Part shown: positions 1 to 12,455 of the stretch, piece after piece
Layout: each line of letters begins with the position of its first letter
Position numbering within the stretch: the first letter of the stretch is position 1
NCBI RefSeq assembly: GCF_009914755.1
Contig: NC_060935.1
Direction: 5' to 3' (one strand)
From: the human T2T-CHM13v2.0 reference genome, Homo sapiens
DNA length: 64,000 nucleotides
Translations under genes and position numbers: made by a program
The notes under the pieces: generated by a model
What the model saw: the letters and a program-made list of their open reading frames with translations, nothing else
Databases searched by the model: none
Told to the model about the DNA's origin: nothing

Positions 1-905
1 GTTTTCTTCTGGAAGTTTTATAGTTTTAGCTTTATGTTTACATGTGTGATTCACGTAGAATTAACTTCTGTGTGTGGTATAAGGTAGGGGTAGAGGTTTA
101 TTGTTTGTTGTTGTTTTCTTCTTCCATGGGGTTATCCAGTCATTCCAACATTACTTGTTAAAAAGACTTACCTTTCCCCATTGAATCACTTGCATATTTT
201 GTTGAAAGTTGATTGACTGTATATGTTTGGATCTATCTCTACACTCTTAATTCTATCCTATTGATATATTTTATCTAGCTTTACACCACTTCCAAACTGG
301 CTTGATTTTTATAGCACTGTAATTTATCTTGGATTCAGGTAATGTGAGTCCCAAAACTTGTCACCAATTTTCAAAATTCTTTTGGCTATTCGCATCCAAA
401 CATTTACCAAGTGTATTTATATCACACTTCTATATAAACTTTGGAATCAACTCTAATACTTCTTTTATTTTTCAGAGTAGTCAAGTGTATTAGTAAGAAG
501 GGGGAGCAAGGAATTCAATCTGTGACTGACTGTGAACAATCAATTGAGATAACTCACTATTTTCAGACCAGCCTTAACTCTAAATTTTTATTGGAATTTC
601 ATTGAGTCTGTAGAGCAATTTTGAGAGAACTGGCATCTTAACAATATTGAATCTTCTAAGTCACAAACATGATATATTACTCCACATATTTAGGTTCCCT
701 TTAATTTCTCTAGGCAATATTTTACAATTTTTAGGTCTTGAATGTCTTTTTAAAGATTTACTCCCAAGTATTTGATGCTTTTTTGATGTTACTGTAAATA
801 GTGTTTTGTAAATTCCATTATTTTATTCTTTGCTGCAGCATATAAGAATACATTTTACTGCTGTATATTGACCAGTTATCCTGTGACCATGGAAGTGTTT
901 TGACT
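1..905 (-). mobile_element. Old L1 (L1M) ORF2 fragment, antisense, interrupted by a Y RNA copy
   Basis: T-rich sequence with antisense L1 ORF2 phrases (ttggctatt, ttttattggaatttcattgagtctgtag, catcttaacaatattgaatcttc). Confidence 0.8.
457..573 (-). pseudogene. Y1 RNA (RNY1-derived) retropseudogene with A-rich tail
   Basis: Reverse complement reads GGCTGGTCTGAAAATAGTGAGTTATCTCAATTGATTGTTCACAGTCAGTCACAGATTGAATTCCTTG...CACTTGACTACTC, matching hY1; tail at 457-474; flanking aactctaa repeat at 449-456 and 576-583. Confidence 0.93.
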
Positions 906-1295
906 AGTGCAATGAAATGATCAAAGAGGTATTTCAGAAAAAACTGAGCAGAAGAATTGCTCACTGACATATTGATTAGATGTGTCCCAGGAGGATACAT
1001 GAGCCTTACCGTGAGGCATAATCACAGATCATAGTTCTAACCTGTGGTTGCTGCCTATACATTTGTGCTCATAGTCAATTGTGTTAGCTCTTGGGCCAAA
1101 GAATGTGGATAGCTGATTGCAAACCCATCCATCACTCAGAATGGCAAAGCAACTCAAAGCATACCTCCTACGAATGGAAGCACAGTAGTGTCCTCCTCAT
1201 CAGATTGGTTGAACACTTCTCTTAAATTGCACTCAGTGCCAAAGCTCATTTGCACATAAGTTGGGTGTGGTGAAGTGTATGTGTATGAGGGACTA

Positions 1296-3991
1296 CAGGT
1301 TAATATCCCTTATCTAAAATGCTTAGGACCCGAAGTGTTTCAAACTTCAGATGTTCTTAGAATTTTGGAATATTTGCATATACATAATGAGATATCTTGG
1401 GGATGGGATCTAAGTCTAAACACAAATTATTTATGTTTCAGATACACCTTATACACATAGCCTAGAGGTAATTTTACACAATATTTTAAATAATTTTTGT
1501 GCATGAAACAAAGTTTGTTACCTTGAACCATTAGAAAGCAAAGGCGTCACTATCTCAGCCATCCATATGGATGATCTGTGGTTGTTTGGCAGCAGCATCA
1601 TTCCTGACTCTGAATTTATATGCTACCAATAAGCAATCACTTTCTTACAATTATTCACACATAAGTATTTAACAGTAAACAACATGACTTACCATTAATA
1701 TAGTGATATACCATTAATGCAGTGAAAACTCAATGTGTTCAGGGTAACTCAGCAGCACAGTAGCATCACCACAATACCTGTATCCACTGTTCAACAACAG
1801 CAACAGCAAATAACAGCAGGCTTTCAGGTCCACCTATGATGTGTTTTGATTAAAAGGTTTAATGTACACTGAATTTTATTTCTAAGGTAAGAAAAAGCAT
1901 CAGAAGCAATTGAGGGACCAGGAAGTGGGCCCTCTAAGGAAGAGGAGGTATTTTGCTAGATGGCTTTTGAAGTTGTTTTCTCCAGAGTCATTTTCCTCAT
2001 TAACAACAGTTTTTGCCTTAGAAGTCTCTCTTTGATTTTATAAACTGACGTTATTTATTGTTCTGTTGTGAATACACACTGCTCTAGTCCTTCAATAATC
2101 TCATCACACATTTTCACCATGTTGTCTATAGACACTTTTTCTGCAGTGTCAACATCATCTTCATCATTACTATTACTACAATCACCTTGATTCAGAACCC
2201 ATCAGTCAATGAATGAACAACTGGAGCCTCACTATTGGTGTGAATAATTTCTTTGATATCCACTTCTTCCAGCTTGCTGATAGACTCTGAAGGTATGTTT
2301 TTTGCAAAAGTAAGGAGGTTGGGTTTTATTTTTTCTCACTTGACATACAAAGTTTTTAAAGTCACCATCTTCTTCATCATCACTGAACACAGTCACAGGC
2401 TGGAGGTTGTGACAGGCATGTGTCTTTAGTCTGTGTACCAAGCATTGGCAGTAGTATATATGACATCCTTCATGCTAAACTCCTTTTGAAAACCTTCCAT
2501 ATTCATACCTCTGTTCACTGCTGCTAGCATGCTTTTCAAAAAGTGTTTTTATATTTACTTTTCATTGATAGAAGGATGCTCTGGTCCCATGGCTAAATTA
2601 ATGAAGTCATATTTGGGGGAAAGTATATGGCATAAACATTATTTTTAATGAGAATTCCAGCTGAAGAATGAGCAGAAAGTTGCCAGGGAATAACAAAATC
2701 TTTCAATAGTCATTTAGTCCAGTTTCCCTGCAGTGAGCCTGAGCAGCTGGTACAAAATGTTTGTGAAACCAATCAGAAAGATGTTCCTGGTGATCCATGC
2801 CTTTTTGTTAGCATAATAATGGACTGGTAAGAAATTCACTCCTTAAAAACAGTGAAGATGCAAGCTGTTGCCTATCACAGTATGTTTACACTTATGTGTG
2901 CCTGCTGCATTAGCACATCCCAGCTCAGTTATTCTGCCTTTGGCATCCTTATTCTCTGTAGGAACTGTATCATCAGTTCTACTCAGTGTAGTTCCAGGGC
3001 AATAATGCCAAAACGGTAATGCTTCATCAGCATCATAAGCTTGTTCTGGCATAAGATTTTCATCAGTAATGACGAAGGTCATCATCAGTGATGACCTTGG
3101 CAAATTTGTTAATGAATTTATTCACTGCTTCATGATCAGCACGTGCTTTATTATTACAAATCTTTAAAAATGTAATACTATATCTAAAAAATATCTGCAA
3201 CCAGCCTGTTGAATATTCACAGTTCCCTTCAATTTTCAGTTCATCATGACAGATCTTTGCTTGTTTAATGATCAGCACACCCTTAAGTGGCATGTGTTGC
3301 TTGCAGCACTGATGGATCAACTCTTTTAATACACAATTGAAATCTCCATTTTTAGGTTTTGTGGTGTTTTTCCATTTTTCATTAACTTCTGTTTATCACT
3401 TTCTGTGTAAACTTCAACATTTTGTCCTTCTGTTTCTTCAGGTCATATGTGGTGGTCATTTCAACACCATAGTCTTCTGTAAGACATTTCACACTTATAT
3501 CACCGTCCAGTTTCTCCCCAGTTTAACTTTCAGTGCCATAGATAAATATAAATCCTTCCTCTTTTTTAAATTATTGTTACCCTTGGGGGTATCTGCAGGC
3601 CTTTTTAACATTTTCAACAATATTTTACAATACATATCAGAGAATAGGCAAAAACACAGTGAGTAATGCATGTTGGTCTTAGCCCCATGTGGGGCATTGT
3701 GGGGAACCTACCCTTGGTGTGCCTGATTATCTCAATGCCATTTTATTATCCCTTGTGGGCATGATTGCATGGGGGAATCTGGGCATCATCAGAAGAGATA
3801 GGGGCGTGAAGAGTCTTTTTTCCCTCAGAGATGCTAAATAAATGATGTGCTGCATGCCTGCATTTTGACCGCAACCCATCACATATGGTCAGGTCTTATT
3901 TTCCACGTGTCAGGTCATGTGGGTGATAAAAAAGTTTCAAATTTTGGAGCACTTCAGATTTCAGATTTTCACATTAGGGATACTCAACCTG
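1296..3991 (-). mobile_element. Near full-length Tigger4 (Zombi) TcMar-Tigger DNA transposon
   Basis: TIRs caggttaatatcccttatc (1296) and gggatactcaacctg (3991), flanked by TA at 1294-1295 and 3992-3993; about 2.7 kb; internal transposase remnants. Confidence 0.9.
2200..3600 (-). pseudogene. Disrupted pogo/Tigger-family transposase (CENP-B-type HTH + DDE_1) inside Tigger4
   Basis: ORF 3063-3320 (LIIKQAK...EYSTGWLQ.F) resembles the Tc5/CENP-B HTH; ORF 2843-3103 (EQAYDADEALPFW...KGRITELGCANAAGTHK) resembles the YNADETGLFW...RITVL.C.NA.G motif; frames broken by stops and frameshifts. Confidence 0.85.
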
Positions 3992-6557
3992 TATATATAT
4001 TTTTGAAGCTCAAAAGAATTCTGAGGGTACTCATTTATACAAGTTTTTCATCAGCTGCTCATTTTTTCCATCCCAACTTTTTGGTAATGGCTCAAGAATC
4101 TAGCTAGGGTCCTCATAATTCTGTATCATATTTCATTTTGCCCTCTGTGTATCTATCTTCATAAATTATTAGGTTGAGCTTGGGAGAATTTCCAAATTCC
4201 TCTTTGCATGTTTTTGTGTGTATGAACAATCCAAAACTTTCAGCTTTAAGCTTACTATTTTACTAAAGCAGGGAGATTGATAGAAAGTTTTTAATTTCCT
4301 TAGAAAATAATAAAAGACAAAATAAAAACACTCTTATATTAAACATCCAGTTCTTTTCTTTCTTTTGGTAACTTACCTTCTTATTTTGATAAACAAAATT
4401 TCATGTCCTTCCTTAACATGATTCAAAATTTTAAAATAAATTCTATGCTGGGAATAAAAACAAACCATACAATGGTTGAAAAAATAAACATTTTCAAACT
4501 CTGAGTAATCACAAAAGTTCTGACATGCCCCTCTCCTACCAGTTGAAACACATGGATTTTAAAGGATTACATGCAAGGTAGCTTTCCTGGTTTTGAACTA
4601 CAAAATAATGCAGAATACAGGTATGATTGACTGGTGCCTTGGGACAACAGACACTGTGCATGGGTTTATAAAATATAGATATTTATCTTGACTTATTTGC
4701 AAGTCACCTTATGCAGCTCTGATGATGTTTACACTTGCAGAACTTATCAAAGTTTCTCTTTATACTATAAACTTATTACATATACAGGCTGGTTTAAGGA
4801 AAGTTAGGAAGCCTTTGTCTTTGACACTCCTGGATGGACCCTAAGGGGTAATCTGATCCCAACCTATCACTTTATATTGAATAAATATATGGAATAAATA
4901 CCTAGAGAGAGTGAGTGACTTGTGAAAGCCACACAGCTAAGGCCTGAGCTTGGATGAGGACTATGTTTCTTGGTTCTTTAAGCAGGAATCTTTCTATTGC
5001 CCTGTGTGGTTTTCATCTTTTTCTTTTGCTTTTAGATATTTCTCCAACAGGACCCTGATGTCCTTATCTGGTCCTTATTACAATGCCCTACTGATCTTGC
5101 CAGCACTTATCAACTCCCTTCATCTTTCTAATCAGACCACCTCCCTTTTCCTCCATGTCCTATTCCTAGTGGTCCTATCCAAGCTTAATATTGAATCTAA
5201 AGAGCCAGTAGTGTTTATGGCACAATATGTTGCTCCTTGTTTGAAGTAGCTTCAATGCCTCACCTCATATAAGCAACTATACATAATATTCCTAAGAGTT
5301 AAATGTATTGATTTCTCACTATGTGTCAGACACTGCTAACATTTTATATAAATTATGTCATGGATATTGCATGCATTATGTCATTATCTCATTTGAGTAA
5401 TGAGTTATAAAGAGACAAGTCCAGTGAGTGATGTATTTAGAGACAGGTGGGGTTATCCTGCCCCATTTTTAGTAATATCACACAGGCAGTAGCCCTGATG
5501 CCCTGGGCAGGGGCCAACACATGAAAGGAGCCTGCCTTGTCTTCCAGTATCCTCAGCTCTTGGCCCAGTGAGTCTTCTGTGCATGCTGCTGGGGGAAATC
5601 AGCCAGAACTGCTCTGCTGGACAAGATTCTCAGAATAGAGGCTGCTAACAAGCCCAGGTATTCCCATGCTCTGAAATTCATTGTTTGCCACAAACTGGGA
5701 AGCAATACCCAGGCTACAGGGCACCATGTAAGGCTTAAATAGAGAAGTATCTAGAAAAGACTCCCTGGATACAGAATGTCCATGGTTATCTGTTATTTCT
5801 GCTGAATAAACTTGAGGGCAGGAAGAGAGAATCAAACTGGTTTTTGTGAATATTGTTCTGCTACTGTCAGGTCTTGCTTCTTGTGTATTCAATGAAATGT
5901 TCCTGTTGATAAATGGAAATGTGTAAATGGACAAGAGCCACTGTAGAGTTTAACACTAATGGGAAGAAAAATAATACCTTCATATACAAGAAATAATTAG
6001 TCAGAGGCCAGGATAAGGATGAAGTAGGTCACAGGAAGCTAGAAAATAGGAACCATTTGCAAAGGAGTATGTGAGACAAAGCTAGTAAAGTTAAGGAAGA
6101 AAGTGGAGAGACCTGAGCACCAAGGAATACGATAATAGCTTAAGTGTTGATTACTTGCTCTGAAGTAGACACATTCATTGTACCTGAAAAAAGTCAAATA
6201 GACTTTGGCTCAAATATTTGTAAGCCTCTATGTGAAATGGGAATCAGACTTTTCTAAGGAGGCTTCAGAGAGGAGAACTGGCACCAGTGTGCCAAGCTCC
6301 AAGGAGGCAAACTTTGGCACAGTATCTGAAAGAGCTTTCTAACAATCACTGCATCTGAAGGTGAGCTGGCTGCCTCCAGAGCAGAGAATTTCCCAGTGCT
6401 GAAATTGTCCAGGCAGAGTCAGGGCTGTGGGAAAAGGAATGTAAGCAATAAAGGTGGAGGTTTGGAGACTTGGAGACTTGGAGATTATAGTAGTCTATAT
6501 TTTTCTGAGGGCAGGAGAACTCAAGAACTCTCCAGTTTAAAGTAAGAATAAAAACTA

Positions 6558-6980
<423 letters not shown>

Positions 6981-7741
6981 TCAGTCTCTTCTCTGTCTAT
7001 AAAACAGTATAGTCACAGCTATCCTACAATGTTCCAGTGAGCATTAAGTGGTATATCTCATGGAAATTGTCCTAACACACAGAAGTGTGTTTTAGCAAGA
7101 TAGAGAAATATGGCCCAGGGAAAGGCTGACTTTAGAAAATCCAAAGCTGTGGAATCTCTAAGAACCGCCTCTGAGAAGTAACTTTATATGGGAAACAATG
7201 TTGACCTTTCTCTACATTTTTTATATTGTATTTCCTTTCTTGGGCCTGAGATCCTGGAGATCTTCCACTCACTTGAATAGCAATTTCTTGAACCATCGCA
7301 ATGGCCTGAATTTAAATGGGTAAGAATCAGTTAGTACTAACAAGTCTTACAGAAAAGAAGAGAGGGTTAGGAGCTCAAGATTATTCCTCAGAAAGGATAT
7401 CCCTTCTCCTAAGGCTTAGGCAGCAACAGTGAACAAGGATGACAACACAGACATCCCAGTATTGTTCAAAATACAGAAAGCAAAGTAAAAGTTGAGACAA
7501 ATAGTTAAGATATTCAGTTCATAAGCTTATCTATTCATGGTGGATCTGGGTTTGGAAAGAAGCATATTTTATTCATCTTTTGTCCAAAGGTCTAGGCATA
7601 ACTGAGCTTGTCTGGGGAAACTTTGTAAATGTAAGTTCTTCCTGAAATTGCAATGTGTAGATGGATTATGGTGCCCATCACATGTTATCAGGCTAAGACA
7701 GAGGAGACTATGAAAAACTTGTTATAAAAGGAGCATTGGCC

Positions 7742-7824
7742 AGAGGCAGAGGTTGCAATGAGCCAAGATTACACCAGTGCACTCTAGTCTGGGCAACAGA
7801 GTGAGACTCCATCTCAAAACAAAA
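7742..7824 (+). mobile_element. Alu 3' fragment (end of right arm)
   Basis: gaggcagaggttgcaatgagccaagatt...gggcaacagagtgagactccatctcaaaacaaaa. Confidence 0.9.
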
Positions 7825-7859
7825 GGTTGGGGGGCATTCAGTTTGATAGAGTATCACTG

Positions 7860-8212
7860 ATTTGGTCAATCAATGCCTGACATTTCATTGGCCACTGTTA
7901 GTCATGGTGGGGAGGGGGCCATGATCTAAGATAACCTAATAAAGCTGAAGGAAGGGTGTCTGTTCCATAAGTGGGGACACCATCTCTTTCTCGCACTGCT
8001 CTCAACAGATGGCAGTTGCAGCCATCTTGTGACTAGAAGAAGAGGAAGCTCCATACTCAGGGGCTCCAGAACACTAGAGTCACAGTCCTGAGACACATAC
8101 CTGGAGGCTGCCCTGCGTGTGGACTTCGGTATGTTTAATAATAAATTTCTTAATATTTTAAGCCAGTTTTAACTGTGTGTCTTACACTTAAAGCCAAATG
8201 TGCTCTAACTGT
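7860..8212 (+). mobile_element. Old MaLR LTR fragment (MLT1J/K/L-like)
   Basis: gcagccatcttgtgac...ggacttc...aataaatttcttaatattttaagccagtttt...ctaactg, typical MLT1 3' part. Confidence 0.6.
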
Positions 8213-8264
8213 AAAAAGTAAGATGGGGGAATACTAATTCTCATTATAATCTTCTCCAACCAAC

Positions 8265-8550
8265 TTTTAAAAAATAAATTCTACTGTATATATTTGAGGT
8301 ATACAACACAATGTTATGAGATAGTAAAACGATTACTGTAGTAAAGCAAATTAACATATTCATCATCTCACGTAGTTATCTATTTTTTATGGCAAACACA
8401 GCTAAAATCTACTCATTTGGCAAAAATCCTGAATACAATACAATATTATTAACTATAGTCCTCATGCTTTAAATTAGATCTCTAAACTTGTTCATCCTGC
8501 ATATCTGCTACTTTATATCCTTTGAACTACATCTTCCCATTTTCTCCCAG
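8265..8550 (-). mobile_element. L1MA-type 3' end fragment
   Basis: tatatatttgaggtatacaacacaatg...aattaacatattcatcatctcac...tattattaactatagtcctcatgct...attagatctcta. Confidence 0.8.
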
Positions 8551-8949
8551 CTTCCATTGATTTTCTTCAAACACCATGTACTTGTATTATTTTGATTTTT
8601 AAAAAATAAAATTTTAAGAAATCCTGTTTCTTTCATAAGTGGCGGCCACTGACATAGATCTTAGTCTTTCTCATGCTTCATAGAAACTGAGAAGAGCTTG
8701 GGTTCTTGGAATTTCAAAGGCTAAATCAGCCAGTTGATTTAATCTATTTATTTTTTAAAAAATCAATTCTGTAAAAAATTTAGTCAGGTTAAACCTTTTA
8801 ACACTCACATAAGGGCAAACACTAGTTTAAATGTCTTCATTATTTCATGTTCTAACCAGTTGTGTGGCATTATGCATATAGGATATTATAACATTTGAAT
8901 TTAGTGGCTAGCAATGTTGTGGCAAAATGTGATTAACATATCCTGTGGC

Positions 8950-10646
8950 TGTCCTCTCCCTCTCCCTCTCCCTCTCCCTCCCCCTCCCCCTTCCCCTCTC
9001 CCTCTCGTCTCCCTCTCCCCACGGTCTCCCTCTCCCTCTCTTTCCACAGTCTCCCTCTCATGCCTAGCCGAAGCTGGACTGTACTGCTGCCATCTCGGCT
9101 CACTGCAACCTCCCTGCCTGATTCTCCTGCCTCAGCCCGCCGCGTGCCTGCGATTGCAGCCGCGCACCGCCACGCCTGACTGGTTTTCGTACTTTTTTGG
9201 TGGAGATGGGGTTTCGCTGTGTTGGCCGGGCTGGTCTCCAGCTCCTAACCGCGAGTGATCCGCCAACCTCGGCCTCCCGAGGTGCCGGGATTGCAGACGG
9301 AGTCTGGTTCACTCAGTGCTCAATGGTGCCCAGGCTGGAGTGCAGTGGCGTGATCTCGGCTCGCTACAACCTCCACATCCCAGCCGCCTGCCTTGGCCTC
9401 TCAAAGTGCCGAGATTGCAGCCTCTGCCCTGCCGCCACCCCGTCTGGGAAGTGAGGAGCGTCTCTGCCTGGCCGCCCATCGTCTGGGACGTGAGGAGCCC
9501 CTCTGCCTGGCTGCCCAGTCTGGAAAGTGAGGAGCGTTTCTGCCCGGCCGCCATCCCATCTAGGAAGTGAGGAGCGCCTCTTCCCGGCCACCATCCCATC
9601 TAGGAAGTGAGGAGCGTCTTTGCCCGGCCGCCCATCGTCTGAGATGTGGGGAGCGCCTCTGCCCCCCCGCCCCGTCTGGGATGTGAGGAGCGCCTCTGCC
9701 CAGCCGCGACCCCGTCTGGGAGGTGAGGAGCATCTCTGCCCAGCCGCCCCGTCTGAGAAGTGAGGAGACCCTCCGCCTGGCAACCGCCCTGTCTGAGAAG
9801 TGAGGAGCCCCTCCGCCCGGCAGCCACCCCATCTGGGAAGTGAGGAGCGTCTCTGCCCGGTAGCCACCCCGTCCGGGAGGGAGATGGGGGTCAGCCCCCG
9901 CCAGGCCAGCTGCCCCGTCCGGGAGGGAGGTGGGGGGGTCAGCCCCCCACCCGGCCAGCTGCCCCATCCGGGAGGGAGGTGAGGGGGTCAGCCCCCCGCC
10001 CGGCCAGCCGCCCCGTCCGGGAGGTGAGGGGCGCCTCTGCCCGGCCGCCCCTACTGGGAAGTGAGGAGCCCCTCTGCCCGGCCGCCACCCCGTCTGGGAG
10101 GTGTACCCAACAGCTCATTGAGAACAGGCCAGGATGACAATGGCGGTTTTGTGGAATAGAGAGGGGGGGAAAGGTGGGGAAAAGACTGAGAAATCGGATA
10201 GTTGCCATGTCTGTGTAGAAAGAAGTAGACATGGGAGACTTTTCATTTTGTTCTGTACTAAGAAAAATTCTTCTGCCTTGGGATCCTGTTGATCTGTGAC
10301 CTTACCCCCAACCCTGTGCTCTCTGAAACATGTGCTGTGTCCACTCAGGGTTAAATGGATTAAGGGCGGTGCAAGATGTGCTTTGTTAAACAGATGCTTG
10401 AAGGCAGCATGCTCGTTAAGAGTCATCACCACTCCCTAATCGCAAGTACCGAGGGACACAAACACTGCGGAAGGCCGCAGGGTCCTCTGCCTAGGAAAAC
10501 CAGAGACCTTTGTTCACTTGTTTATCTGCTGACCTTCCCGCCACTATTGTCCTGTGTCCCTGCCAAATCCCCCTCTGCGAGAAACACCCAAGAATGATCA
10601 ATAAAAAAAAAAAATAATAAAATAAAATAAAAAAATAAAAAAAAAA
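8950..10646 (+). mobile_element. Full-length SVA retrotransposon (probably SVA_C/D-like)
   Basis: (CCCTCT)n head about 8952-9060, antisense Alu-like domain to about 9420, GC-rich VNTR to about 10100, SINE-R to 10600, AATAAA at 10600-10605, A tail; TSD aacatatcctg[t/c]ggc at 8935-8949 and 10647-10661. Confidence 0.98.
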
Positions 10647-10844
10647 AACATATCCTGCGGCCAGAACTCAATGAAGCAATTTTAAAATGCTCCAGAAATA
10701 GCAAGCATTCCTTGCAAAAAGAGGGTTATATTCCCGGAAAATGTGACACAGCTAATGTCCATCAACTGACTAATATTCATTAGCATTCAACACATTAGTA
10801 GATTGTCCTTCTGTGAGCACTTCTGTTCTTAATTTATAATGCTT

Positions 10845-11050
10845 TGTAGGGTAGTAGAAATAGCATGTTTTTAGAGGCCAAATGTGGACTGAAATCACAA
10901 CTTGGACACTTATTAAGTCAGTAACTTTGGTCAGGTTACTTGATGCCTCTAAACTTCAATTTCTTCATCTATGAAACCAAACTCGTTCAATAGATTGCTG
11001 TTTAGATAAAAGTTATAGGTAAAGAGCAATGTGCCTTCACTTATTAATAC
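10845..11050 (+). mobile_element. MIR
   Basis: cacttattaagtcagtaactttggtcaggttacttgatgcctctaaacttcaatttcttcatctatgaaa, MIR core. Confidence 0.7.
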
Positions 11051-12079
11051 ATGCCATTTTCCTCTATTTCCTTTCCCCTGATTTTCCTCATTAGAAATTC
11101 TGAGAACCTCACACATTTTTTGTTTTAACTAACGAATGTTCAGGAGGGAAGAGTGAATATAAGTGTGGCCTGAGTGAAAAGGAGATTCAGACACGTCTGT
11201 AAGCTGGTGAGGCCGGGCATCGGAAACCCTATTTACGCGACTCTGAGGAGCCTCCTGAGAAGCCAAGCTCTGTGCCGATGGGATCAGACACCACTGAACA
11301 TGTCCACGGTGCTTGGGGGCTTGGACAACAGCAGTCCGACACTGAGACACCTGCAGGCACGGAGTTCATCGTCCCAGGGGAAGTTTGTTACAGTAAATGT
11401 ACATCACAGTTTTGTTTTGTTTTGTTTCCTAGTCAATATCTGAATCCTACAACAAAGGGCATATTAAAAAGCAGAAATTGGTTTTCACTAAATTCTGTAA
11501 CTCATTTGGAGATGGGCATGCTGCTTGAGGTCACTTTCAGCAGACTGTGGCACAAGAAGACTAAAGTCACTCTTTCTCTTCCAAGCAACCCATCCCATGT
11601 CCCCCTCCCTGTCTTCCCTACCTCCCCCTGCCCCCTGCCACCCAACCAACAATACAGTCCTGGCACTGTAAGAACTCAGAGCATCGGGTGGGAGGTCCAT
11701 CAAAAATATGGGTATTCAACAGATGTGGAGGATCAGCAGTGGCACCAGCAGAGTACTTCTGAAAAGCAGTAGAGGAGACCTCGGTGCACATAGTAGGACA
11801 GCTGCATCTGGGAGCAAGAATGAGGGCTCATGTGTTCAGCTATGTATGTGAGACACAGGCCTCCAAAAACGCTGTGCTTCAAATGCACTGAGCTCTTTTG
11901 GGCATGAAGATATTCATAGAATGATACATAGAAATTGTGTTAACTCATAATTTCTAAAAGTATATTTATGGGAGCACATATATATCAACATAAAGTTCAC
12001 GTATTTTGTGACTGCATGAACGTTTTAGCATCTGAAAATTATGAAAAGCAACATGTTAAATTATTTATACATTTCATTT

Positions 12080-12235
12080 GTACAACAGTAGCCCTCTGAG
12101 TGGGAGGTATAATGAGCCCCATGTTACAGATGAGGCTCTAAGTGTTTAAGTGTCTTAAGTTACTTCAGTCGTTGAGCAGTTGAGTTGGGATTGAAACTCA
12201 GGTATTTCCAGCTATGAACCTGTGCTCCAGACCAC
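12080..12235 (-). mobile_element. MIR
   Basis: ccccatgttacagatgagg...gggattgaaactcagg. Confidence 0.65.
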
Positions 12236-12304
12236 TCTCCAGCATTTCTCACCTGTCTCAAGGTCATGTGGAATTCTAGTTTAAATGGATAACTGGGCCC
12301 ATGT

Positions 12305-12455
12305 CTAGGGCCTTGGTGTGGCAGCATTATTACCACCTGGGAACTTGTCAGAAATGAAGCATCCCAGGCTTCACCCCACATCCACTGAATCAGAATTTGC
12401 ATTTTAACAAGTTCCCCAGGCAGTTTGTATATACATTAAGCTCTCGGAAGCACTT
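12305..12455. mobile_element. MER5A (hAT-Charlie MITE)
   Basis: cacctgggaacttgtcagaaatg...actgaatcagaatttgcattttaacaagttccccagg...gaagcact. Confidence 0.8.

Noticed and set aside
8914-10704. Stack of overlapping ORFs up to 167 aa
   Set aside because: All lie inside the GC-rich SVA hexamer/VNTR/SINE-R, where stop codons are rare; typical SVA pseudo-peptides
11272-11772. 166-aa plus-strand ORF
   Set aside because: No recognisable domain; crosses T-rich and C-rich low-complexity sequence; no supporting gene structure
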